This document shows positions 15,744 through 27,600 of a DNA stretch of 64,000 bases, in pieces. How positions within the stretch are numbered: the stretch's first letter is position 1; every line of letters starts with the position of its first letter. The stretch comes from Paramecium tetraurelia (Eukaryota). Both the position numbers and the translations under genes were made by a program. Location of the stretch: positions 124,001-188,000 of the forward strand of contig CT868059.1 in assembly GCA_000165425.1 (NCBI GenBank). The letters are read 5' to 3'. A model generated the notes under the pieces. That model did no database searches. It was given only the letters and a program-made list of their open reading frames with translations, and was not told the origin of the DNA.

Positions 15744-16634
15744 TCATAATCCTTTAATTTGTTTCAATATCTTCAAAGTGTCCTTTTCAAAAATATTAGC
15801 AGCCGATACACAAACGATCAAATTAGTCAATGAAGTATTGCGAAAAGCATTTTTTAATACCTTTGTAACCAGATGTGTATTGCATAATAGTAATCTCTAA
15901 GCCTCATCATTTGTATTCAAAATACTTTAAATCTAGCCTAATGCTTTATTATTAAAAGTAACTACGATATTGATTCAAATAATACTTTCTTTAATAGCTT
16001 TTGGTGAACAATAAATAGCCTTTTGAGAACCAACTAAATCAACAAATTGAATAGCAAAATTTCCGAAATCCAATTTAACTATCATGGGATATCTTGTAGA
16101 AATGTTATTGAGCATACAATCGCCCTAAGTTCTATTCTTATAACCTGATTTAATAATTTATAAGTATTGATCCATATTCTATATTGGGACTTTTTTTAAA
16201 TTCAAGCAATTAAAACTCTAGTTTGAAGTGATCAATTTCACCTCCTATTAAGTGAATAAATCAATTAACTTAGTTTCTCTTATCTCAATCATACTAAGTG
16301 AAACATCCTATTGTTTTTAGTTGTCTATGTAAATCTACCCGATTTGTTGAATAACTCCATCTTCTCTGAACATTGCAGTTGTCTTCCCAGACTACAATAA
16401 ACAACATAACTATACTGCACATTCCCCATAAGTTATAAACCATTGATCTTATTCTTAAATTTGATTATTAAATTGCAATTGCTAATCTTTGACTACTTAG
16501 CAAAATTTGACATCATAGTTCATTAATTTTATTCGATTTTCATTTATTACAAGAGAGTCAATTGCTCCTGTATATATATCGATTTGTCTTAAACCAATTA
16601 CTCTACAATATACTTTTAAATTATTTTAATTCAT
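15744..16634 (-). CDS. Divergent kinesin motor-domain-only protein (~280 aa)
   Basis: LKVYCRV; P-loop TYGECA|SGKT; VSLSMIEIRETKLIDL; switch I NNISTRYP; switch II FVDLVGSQ; LVTKVLKNAF..TNLIVCVS. 24-nt introns at 16392-16415 and 15962-15985. TGA at 15744-15746. Confidence 0.8.
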
Positions 16635-16753
16635 TAATAAATCATGTCGATAAAATAATTATTTAATTAAGGATTTTTTTTTATTGCAGAATGATCTATA
16701 TTAGAAGAGATATAAATTCGATGATAAAATAAAGTAACACAAAAAGCTTCGAT

Positions 16754-18037
16754 TCAAATTTTGAAAATCTATTTCAATTATTGTTTTGTCTCTTGGGAAC
16801 AATTTAATGATTCTATTTACTCCTTCTGTTCAAGACAATTCATTTTCTGAAAATTTTGATTGTTTTTTGAGAATGTGCTGTGCCTTTTTTGATCTAAGTA
16901 ATTGATAAATTTAATTTAATCTTCAACCATCATTTGATACTCTTTGACCACACTTCTTACGCGTTTGGCTTGACTTCCATTTATAAACACTAAAATTATC
17001 AAATAATTTACTTTACTATTTCTACTATAAATTCTTAATTACAATTTACCCATTAATTTCACCTTTTAATTAGAGAATATAACTTAACCATAAATTTAAA
17101 ATTATTAATATTTATTCAATATCACTCTCTTAATTACTAATCAAGGAATTAAATATTTATAATTAATAGATTTTGTCCTCAAAATATATCCTCATATTGA
17201 ATTCTTCTAAGATTCTGGGAGAATATACTAACATCTCATTATCATTGCTCTACCCAACCAAAGGATGCTGAAATATTTGTACCCAACTTATCCTATCATC
17301 CTCGGAATATCTAAGCATCTATTTTATCAAAGTTACAACAGATGGCATGTCATTTTCAGGAAATGGCACTCTATTGTATTTGATATCCTAGTGGAAACGT
17401 TTTACATCGCTAATTTGGGTATTTGATTGATGTGGTGAGAATCCATACACCATTTTATAGAGGATCAAGCCGAAAGACCATACATCGCATTTGGAAGAGA
17501 AATACGCTTCAAACAGTTAAGGAGAAGCATAAAATGGTGAGCATTTGACTGATAGTTCCCATTTAATCTCAGGATTCGGAACAAATCTTGCAAATCCGAA
17601 ATCAGCGATTTTGGCTTAATTCATTTTAAACACAATATTGTCTGGCTTGATATCTCGGTGAATTATATTGTTTCTATACAACTCCTTGTAGCCATTGCAA
17701 AATTGTTAAATAAATTTTATTATAGAATTTTTGTCGAATTTTTTATTTTTGCATATGCTCTGTCAAATTACCGCCTTCACAATATTCATAAACCTCATAT
17801 GAATTTTCTTAGTGACTAAAAACTTCGATAAATTAAACTAAATTCTCATTCTCCCCTATGTTAGTGTAAACTTCCAAATTCACTTTGAACATTGGTTTTA
17901 TCTATTTCAAAGCAAAAAGTTATTTTTCGCATTCAACCTTATACACCTTTCCTTCACTTCCTTAACCAATTATTTCCAATATCTTGTATTTTCCAATCTT
18001 TTTTTGCTACTTTTTTGAAGCTATATTGAGAATCCAT
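16754..18037 (-). pseudogene. ULK/ATG1-like ciliate Ser/Thr kinase with two +1 frameshifts (pseudogene, sequencing error or recoding)
   Basis: KIGKYKILEIIGQGSEGKVYK, FALK, EYCEGGNL, HRDIKPDN, ADFG, SPFYASPQ, CDVWSFG, RISWVQIFQHPL. Frame breaks in A-runs at about 17998-18016 and 17739-17750. Confidence 0.7.
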
Positions 18038-18440
18038 ATTGCAAATTATAATAAAAATTATTAAAATAAAATTGTAAAAATAAATTAATTTCCAACATTT
18101 ACATTGTGAATCTTATTCGGAATATGTTGAAAACAAATATGTATATATAATTAAGAGATGACTATTTGATTTTCAATTAACTCTATTTTACTAAAAAATT
18201 ATTTATACATATAGATTACATATAGGCTATAATAAATAAATTTTTATTGTCAATAGACTGATGTCTTCAAAACAACAATCAGTTTTTTATAGGAATTTCA
18301 ACTATGAATTAATGATGATTTATAATGGTATGAAGTAACTTTTAATCAATTAAAATATAATTTAAATAAGCATAATTATGATGTTTCATTTGCTTTATAA
18401 ATCAAAGATTAATTAGTAAAAACATTAATTTTAATATAAA

Positions 18441-18632
18441 ATGAATATGACTACTCAGTTTAATGGTGGATGCCCAACGGAAGCTCAAATTAGAATCTCT
18501 AATAGCAATAGTGAAGTGTTAGAAAAGATTTTATTTTCTATTGTCAAAAACCCAATAGTGCAAAGAAGAGTGAAAAATTCGAATAGAATGACCATTGAAG
18601 GGGCTTTTATAAGTCGCAATACTTACTAATGA
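18441..18632 (+). CDS. Candidate 63-aa small protein
   Basis: ATG after AT-rich AATATAAA, higher GC than the flanks, ends TAC TAA TGA. No recognised homology. Confidence 0.4.
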
Positions 18633-18738
18633 TTTATAATAATATATCGTATTAAACTAGATGGATATAAAACCTAGAGTTTTTTCATAGTATTACTGTT
18701 CGAATTTATTATAATATTCGGATATATATATATTATAA

Positions 18739-19683
18739 TCAATTATAAATAAAATCCTCATCTTCTTGTAAGATGACTTTCTTCTTAATGCATGATCTGT
18801 AAAGAGTGAAAGCTAAAGCAAATAATATCGCCCACCCCCATGCAAACAATACGTATTGCCAATCAAACCCATAAAAGACACCTATTTATGAAATAACCTA
18901 GAACCTGGTTCTTAATACAAGATTTTCTCAGCATCACAGGAGTCTTCACAGGTATTACAACCACAAGGCTGTTTGATTTCGAATTTGTAAGGGTCATAAA
19001 ATTTTCCATCTTTGGCCTTTTCGAAAGTTTAATTGCAATTATTGATGTCAGACATGAACAAAGAGTTTTATTCAGAAAACTCAATGGTGATTAATTAAAG
19101 AGATGAAGATCTAATGAATTGCATCATATCATACACTCCTTATTCGGCTTAGAAATTAAAGAATCCACCTGGGGTTGCCATGGCACTGACTTGAGAAGCG
19201 AAATTTGTTCGTTGGCAAGAAGAAAACACATCCTTATCATAATGATTTTATTTACACAGGCCACTGAAGGATGAATACGTAAGGTTACAGTCTATACATC
19301 AATAGTTCTGTTGGGGTTTCTAGGGTCAGTGACATTGGCTCTGCCAGTGATTTGAAGAAATTCCCCCTATCTTGGATCACAAGAGTAAACACACCAGAAT
19401 CTTTTCATGTTTGCTGCACAACTAGTATTTGATTTGATTCTTACATGTCGCATCCATCACCATCACTACCAAAGGTGGCATCCAAAGAGCTAAAATCACT
19501 GGCAATTCCTTCATCTTATGCCTGAGTGCAGCAAACAGGACTATTCTCATAGAATTAACATTAGCTCATTGATTCACTCATCCAGGGCTCCTTATCTGTT
19601 TCAATGGGTATTCTATTTTCATCTATTGTGTATGCGCAAGGTATTCCATAAGTGAGATGAATTAATGTTAAAATCCAGAACAT
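18739..19683 (-). CDS. Stand-alone Niemann-Pick C1 N-terminal (sterol-binding) domain protein with signal peptide and one C-terminal TM (~285-290 aa)
   Basis: MFWILTLIHLTYG-IPC..; PVCCTQAQD; GCDICAANMKRFWCVYSCDPRQGEFL; ACDVFSSC; PCGCNTCEDSC; TM WQYVLFAWGWAILFALAFTLY. The Cys pattern matches the NPC1 NTD. Three or four tiny introns. Confidence 0.8.
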
Positions 19684-20112
19684 ATTTATTTTATAATTAA
19701 ATAAATTCCTTAATCAAATTAACCACTTAAACAACAGTTTGGCAATCTATGGAATATTTATCTTGAGTTAGAAAAACATAAATCCCTAAAAATTAATTTT
19801 ATTAGAAATTTAAAATATTACTGCGAAGTTTACATAGTAAAATCAGCTTTGGAAAATGTGACCTCTTTAATTCAAACAAAAATTAATTAATATTTACAAT
19901 TGAATAGAACCTAACCCATAGGATTGAGGGGTGTATTTGTCTTTAAACAAAGGAAAAGGAGAATAGAATACTTTGAAATGGCATAACAGAAATTGGTGCA
20001 AATATAGTTATTTGATGATTGAATAGGATGAAAGATTCATCGAATGATTTATTTTGTTGAATTTACCTCATTAATAAAATATATTGAAAAACTTGACTGT
20101 TAATTAAATTTA

Positions 20113-22695
20113 ATGTAAAATAACTCACCAATTAAAGGTCGACGCATTTCAAACCAGATTAAGTTGACGGGCAAACTTCTTAAAAAGAAGACAGCATCAG
20201 AGGTGGAGATCTTAGGTCCTTCTGGAAGAGACATGGATACGAGTGTGGTTGAGCAAATTTAAATAATGTAGTACGAGAACCTGAAATCACATATGCAATA
20301 ATGTCAAAGTGAACTTAAAGTTGCCAAGAGCACGGAGAAGATAAAAAAAAAAAAGTCCCTTGATCGCACTGCTGCCATTAAAAAGAGTTAGCAGTTATAT
20401 AAAAAGAAAAAGAAATCCACAAAAATAAAAAAAAGTGTTAGTGCAGAAAGAGTTAAGAGCCAAACCTTAGAGTTCTCATCTCCAGAGTGTGTGCGTCGTA
20501 AAAAAGCAGCCACTTTTTTTAATGAAAAACCAAACACTCTTCAAGATCATCGTCAACAATTAGGACTCAGTTTCTTAAACAAAATTGGCACTAAACGAAT
20601 TGATTAAATTTTAGAGCGTATTTAAGTGATTCTATAGCCTTAGGAAACAGGATGTCCTCAATAGAACATTCACATCATCCTCCTCTCACTCCTGAGAAAC
20701 ATCGCTTTCCTCATGAATTAAAGCATTACATCAAGGAAAAGAAGAAGTTCTATTCGCAATTAGAATCCATAAAGCAATAATCCATGTTAGAAAAGAAAAA
20801 ACATATTGATGAGAATCTGCGTTCGTTGGCCGAAATTGCCAAAAGAAATTCTCTTTCAAATAGTAGATCCCCTCCTAGAGATAGTGCTAATAAAGTGAGT
20901 GCAAAACCACTTATGCTAAGTTATGTGGCTAATCGTAAAAGTACTTCTCGCAAATCAGGAGTCCCAAAATCGTTAAAGGAACAATTCAAGTAATTGGAAG
21001 CTAGATACAAAACTTTAAAGAGTAATAGTGATGTTATATCATTGAGAGAGTCTAGAAACTATGAACATGAAATGAAAGAATAAGCAGCTAAATGCATTTA
21101 GAGATGGTTTAAAGGGTTCAAAGCAAGAAAACTTTGGTAGAAGAAAAAAGAAAAAAAACTACTCAAAATATAGTAATTCTAATTATTGAAAGATACTGAA
21201 ATGGCAAGGTGGGATAATTTAAAATCATTCCTCTAAAATCTTCAAGTCAAACAAGAAATTGTTGTAATGGCAGATCTAATTGAAAGCCTCATTAAATATG
21301 CAGATTTTAACAAAGAAAATGTACTTTAAAATCATATTGAATAACCTCAAATCAAACTGAAACCATAGAAGCTTATTATTGAAAAAACTGAGGTGTTTCC
21401 TCCATAAATTGGTCAAATCCTTCAGCTCCGAGGAGAATTGATAAAGGAGAGAGAGAAAAAAGAGAAGCAAATCTTGAAAGATCTTCTGGTTCAAGAGAGG
21501 ATTTCTCCTCGCTCTTTTGGTTTGAAAGAGTAAGAAATAGTAAAGTGGGGGGAAAAAGAATTAGAAGCTCTAGAAGGCAGTAAATAAGCAATTAAAGATG
21601 GATGGTTTAAAGCCTATGAAACAATATAAAAGACTCAAAAGGACTTGAGATTCGTTTAGAAATTGGGTGATGATCATTTTAATAAGATGATGCCTGTAAG
21701 TGTTAGTCAAAGTAATCTACTGAAGAATTAACTGCATGATTTGAAAATTAATGTAATTATCATGAGTGATTCTTAGTTATTAAGGGCTAGCTATTCTGAG
21801 GAAAGTCTCATAGATCAGAAAAAGAAGCCACTTCAACATTCAGAGTAATTGGACATTTAAGAGTAGCAATTAGCATCATATAACTCGAATTAATCAAATA
21901 AGACACTTTCATCATACATATAAGGTCTAGAAGTAATATATTACCTAAGTAAGGGATGTTCCATTAGATATGGAAGAATAGGGACAAGTTGAGAATCTGC
22001 AGTATGTGTAGACTCATGTTGGCTATGTTAGGCAATATTTAGAAGACATCAAAATTAATAGTTAAAAATCAATATCAGAATTAATTCTTACAAATAATTA
22101 ACTTGAGTATTGGTCCATCTCCCTTTGAAATCTTAAGATTCTTTAGGCTGACAGAAGAAATGTTAGAGTAATCCTTGGATGGGGGATTCATTCACTAAGC
22201 TGTTCTAAGTTTGGAGATATTTTCAATGAAAGAGAAGGTGGGAGCAGAAGATGTCTGTGTCAATGAAATGGAAAGAATACATAACAAGGCAATCTTTGAT
22301 GCCTTTAATGAAGCATTGGATTATCATCGACCTTTTGGTATTAAGGGTAGACCTTTGCCTTGGAGGAAGAATGTGATGTGTCGGTAGGTGAATTCGGTCG
22401 AAGAGACTCTTGAGAAATCTTCAATAAGGGTTGTGCTTTGGGCTGAAACTTTAAGTGGTATACTATTGCCATAAGGTAGTTAAATGGATAATGACATTTT
22501 ACCTTAAGTGAGAGAAGAAAGGTTGGATAAGATGTTAAAGTAGGAAGTAAATAAGTTATTCAATATATGTAGATATTCGAAACCGATGATAGATGGTAGG
22601 AGTTTGATGAGGAGCATACTGAAGTAGCATTGGAGTTGAGTGAATTAATTTTCACTCATCTCATTACTGAAGTAATCACTGAATTAAGAATTTGA
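20113..22695 (+). CDS. IQ-motif coiled-coil protein with C-terminal DUF4378/CEP350-like domain
   Basis: AAKCIQRWFKGFKARK (IQ motif). C-terminal HNKAIFDAFNEALDYHRPFG..PLPW...REERLDKMLKQE..DDRWQEFDEEHTEVALELSELIFTHLITEV. Introns include a 20-nt one near 20618-20637. Confidence 0.75.
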
Positions 22696-22771
22696 TATTT
22701 TATTTTTATTTAAATTATATCTCATTAAAATTAAATTAAAGCATATATAAGAATTAATTAAACGTGATTCA

Positions 22772-24614
22772 TCAATATGGATAATTACTATTTTTATTAT
22801 TCTCAGTAATCATAAATAATTTGGGTGTTACAAAAGTACCCTAACTGACAGGGAGTTTAAAGGTCTTCCTCAAAGTGTCCTACTTTAAAATAGCTCTTTA
22901 TTGCGGTTTTAAGCTAGCTAATCTAATGTTTCTGATAGTATCATCAGCTAAAAGAGTCGTTGAATGTTCTTTTTTTAACATTCTTTTTATCCCTTGGGAT
23001 TTTTCACTTTTTAGTCTAACAATTTCTGTTCTTTATTCTGAGATTTTAGATTCCGATCTATATTCTTAGGCTCTTAAAGTGCATTCTGATTTTATTTCAG
23101 GTTTTTCAATTCTTTTAAATGACTGTTGTTATTGTTATTGTTATTGTTATTGTTATTATTGTTGTTATTGTTGTTGTTATTGAATTTTTTTGATATCTAA
23201 TTATATTTTATAGTCTTACTTGCTCCTGTAGATTCTTAATATAATAAACCTGCATGTTCTATAAACTTATCATAATCTTCATCATATTATTCTAAAGGAT
23301 AGACTTTTTCAAAATTTCCGATATTCTAATTTTCATACTAATCCCTAATCTCTTAGCATTGTTTTATTAGTTTTTATTTCTCCTCCAATGTCAATTTAAT
23401 TGGTTTAGTTGTCAACATTCTTTACTGAAGCATTTACTTTTCTTAATTGATACTTTCCTATTTAGCCTTCTGAGTGCAATTCATCAAAATTAAGGACTAT
23501 GAAATCAATTATCTTTTTATAGCAGCATCCAAAGGAGTATCAGTTGTAAAACTAGGAGAATGATTAACCTCCAATAAATATGGCTTTAGCTTGTGATCCA
23601 AGATTACATCCATTCCTAAGACTTCAAAACACATATTATTCATATGATTATTTGGTTGACAAGATTTATATTAATGAGCTAAAATAGGTTATACAGCACA
23701 GAATGTTTTAATCATCATTTTTTTGATTGTATTCCATAACAAATCAACATTCTCACCTCTACTTCTGAGTAATTCAAAAACACTAGTCATACTTCTCTTA
23801 TGACCAACATCCATTTGTTTATCACTCTGATTAAATATGAAGTTTTCATTATCCTTATTCACAGCATAATTTGTGAGATGCATACAAATATTATCCAAAT
23901 TGTCTTTACCAGGTTTCTTGTATTACTCAGTTGCAAATCTAGCAAGACCTTCTTTAAAGATATAGATTCTTAAGGGATCACAGCCAGCCAATAATACATA
24001 AATTCTAAGATCGAATTTTAAACCGTCAATCAAATAAGGTTTACTCAAATATCTCTAAGCTACATAATGCTCATGAATCGAAAGACCTTCAGCGTCTTTC
24101 ACCAACATTATCCCCTTACCTTGGCATGATGCTTCTGGTTTGATGATAAAAGTTCTGTTTTTGCCAATATTCGCTCTAAAATCACTTAATTCTGCTGGCA
24201 ATAGCCAAGTGTAAGGGAAGTAATTATATGCTTAAGGAAACTATTTATGCATCTTCATAAGGTTCCTTCCCAAATGGTTTTTACGAGCTAAGCTGTACAT
24301 TCCTGGGAAATGATTCACCTTTTGATGAGCTAATTATTGGATTAATCAATTACAGCTCATTCTCCCTAAGAGATCAGAAAAGACAGCCCCATCAGTCCAC
24401 CATACATCCCAATTAGTTGCATTCTCGTCCTTCTAAATTTTCCAATTTAAGATCTTTTTACCAACATGTCTTATCACCGGGTATTGGGAGCCTAAAATGA
24501 GATATGCAGATCATTTTTACTGGAAACATTTACTATTAATTGTTCTTTGCTTTTTTTGACTTTGGTTTTGGGTTTGGTCACCTCCTTTGAAGTTTAACTA
24601 TCATCTTATTACAT
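22772..24614 (-). CDS. TTLL6: Tubulin polyglutamylase, TTLL6/TTLL13 type
   Basis: [99 protein letters not shown]. Confidence 0.9.
23123..23182 (-). repeat. Poly-Gln tract (20 Q) encoded by mixed CAA/TAA/CAG in the TTLL tail
   Basis: (TTG/TTA)n on the plus strand, in frame with the TTLL CDS. Confidence 0.9.
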
Positions 24615-24640
24615 AGTATATAAAAATCAATAAAAAAAAT

Positions 24641-27600
24641 TCATAATAATTATTAATAAGTAGAAACCAAAAGCCTGTTTTTGAAACTCTGATATATTCT
24701 TTTACCTAATTCCTGATGCAATCCTAAATTAAGTAAACTAATTGCACTAGGAATGCATTGCTAAATTTCCTTTAGAGAGTATTTTATTGTGACATTCTTA
24801 CAATTTTTCATACTCTAGAAATACAAATGAAACTTTTTTCGCTTTTCTTAGTAAAAAATTGAAACATAGATCTGAGTTGGTCTCATTGTAAATATCATTC
24901 TCTTCAATAATACGTATTAATATTACTATGATAACAAAAATAGACGTACTTTAAATGCAGCATATTGCTTATAATTAGCATTGACTTTGATTAGCTAAGG
25001 GCATTTTTCATCTCCTAAAACATCTTGAACAATGAATGTGCTTGGATTCAATTTCAATTGTTTTTTCAATTTATTCAACATGTAAACTGAACACTTTTGA
25101 ATATCCGATTAAATGAATTCATATGAGTCAACAAAATTATCCTTCAGTTTAAGATTTTATAGATTTCTTCTCTCATCATAATAATAACTAAACAGAACTT
25201 TGCGCAACATGAGCTTAAAATTAACTACCTTAGGTTCTTCGAATAAAGTAATTCTTTGATAAAGTTAAAAGTTTTAGCTTTCATTCAATCTGATGGGAAC
25301 ACACACTTTAAACATGTCTAGTGGTTTACGTACATTCTCAACAAACACTTCAAATAAAGCGTTAACTTCATTACCCAAATAAACTACTTGAGTGTACAGA
25401 TTTTCTCTTAAGACTCCTTAGAATGAATCAAGATTGAAAATAAAATGATTTTGAGAATTTTTAGTAATTGTTATCTTATTCATAAGAGTTTCCCAAATCT
25501 TAATTTCGAATGTAGAAATCATATCAAGATTATTCTTCCTAACAAGTATTTGATTGAAGAATAGATCTTTATCACTTTGATAGTAATTTTCCATGCTCCC
25601 TTGGTTTGAGATTCGTGGACTATGTTTGAAAAATAGACTCTTATCTGCACGAGGGATATTCTATTATTATTAGGTTGGCAAGGACAAACGCATAGGATTT
25701 AGATTTCCAATTGAATTTTACACACTATATTGTTTGGCAATCTATTTCTTCAAGAAAATAGGAGGTTGAGTAGAGGATCTCACATTCTACCTACTTTAAT
25801 CGCTAAAAGATTCAAGTAATTTAGGCATGTCATCATAAGGTTTTTCTAGTAATTCATCTTCATTGTTAATTGATACTTTGCTTTCTGTTAATTTCTATAA
25901 TTCCAACTGCGGAATGGCTCTTGCTTAACTTCTCATCTCACTATAAAAATCTTCAAATTCATCTGGATGGTTGACAGCAATCTAATAAATCTTGCTCATT
26001 TCTGAGAATTTCCATCTATTTATATAAAATTAGTCAATAGTTTCTTTGGTGACCAAACAAGATGGGAAGATAGATTCTAGAAATTCAGGATTCATTTATT
26101 GGAAATCACTTTATTAAATATAACAACTAAAATTCCTGCAGGTTTGTGGAATATACAATCCAATTTAAAATTTGTTCATAGACAAATACGAGACAGTAAT
26201 AATGACATACATTGAATTTACAACTTTAGTAGTTTTATATATAAATTTTTATCCTCTAAATACTGGTGTCAACATAGAAGTATTCTTTAAAATTCTACTG
26301 GCTTCAGCTGGCAATTATAAATTTTCAATTTAAACATCCATCATTTGTGTTTGTGATTTTTTACGAAAATTATTATCATTCAATATTAAAGATAGTTTAG
26401 GTTAAGAGGATCTAACATTCTATTGCTCTTCTAAGATATTGCTTCCATAAGTAACTTCTGTAAATGTATTATGAAGATCATATTTCGATTGATTTATGAT
26501 ATAAGATAATGGAATCTTAATTCCATGATAAGTGTTAGTTCTGTAACAAATTAAGTAGGCTGTCAAAATTTTGAGTACATCATGTAACACCTTATCATTA
26601 AAACAATTATTAAGAGCAACTTTTGGACAAATACTTTTGATATCTGCTAGATCCAAAACTAATTTGAATACTTTGGTTCTGCTTTCCTAAGGAGTAATCT
26701 AAAAATAAAAGTAAGTGTGCTCTCCGTTTTCCTAATCAAAATAAAACTTATTGAATTTATAGACTTCACATTCTACGAACACTTTCCCAATATTGCTGAC
26801 TCTGCTCTATGCATTGAATGTTTTCCTAAGGAAATAAGTATTCATAAAATATCTCAATCGACTTGATGAAATTAAAGTTAATTTTAATTGTTATTTGAAA
26901 TAATAAAAGAGGATTGTTTGTTTCAGCAGTCTTTGATTTTCATTGCTAATAAACTATGAAGGATCGGAGATGTACATTAATAAGAATTAATCTAAAGCAC
27001 TGTATTTATCTCTATTTCTCTCTTCCAAACTAATTTAATGCCTTTTGAATTGTAATGCTTTTCCTATTAATCGATGTTAAATTTTAGATTGGGATCTAAT
27101 TTGATAACCGATCATTTAAGGTTTATTGAAAATGTGTAATATTTTTTCAACATCTTGAAGTTGATGTACTGTTCTATAATATGTTAATCTTTGATTCGGA
27201 TAATACAGTCTAATTTTAATTTATAACTTTTTTAGTCCAATAAATTCATGCATATTCTTCTTCAGAATAATCAAATCTTGTTTGGCTTATTGATCACTTA
27301 GATATAATAATTTAGTATCAAACACCTTAATTTCTTTAAAACAAACCTCAACCCTGAAATAGGAATTGAAGTCTTTGAAATAGAATTTATTCTTAATAAT
27401 GCTGAATTTACTTCTATAATTTTTAAATGATTTCCCATCTAACACTTTCTCATCATAATTTTCTTAATTAGGCTCACTTACAATAGAGAGGCGAGAACCT
27501 TCTTCAGCCTCTGTTTGATACACTTTTTAATCTATTACTAAAGAGGCCATCTTCTCTGAATAAATTAAACTATGTATATCTGTCAAAGGTAATAATTGGC

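Noticed and set aside
15962..15985. In-frame TGA in the kinesin as selenocysteine or readthrough
   Set aside because: It lies inside a canonical 24-nt GT..AG intron.
19860..20100. Possible box C/D snoRNA (TGATGA near 20013)
   Set aside because: No properly placed CTGA D box or terminal stem seen, so it cannot be supported without an Rfam search.
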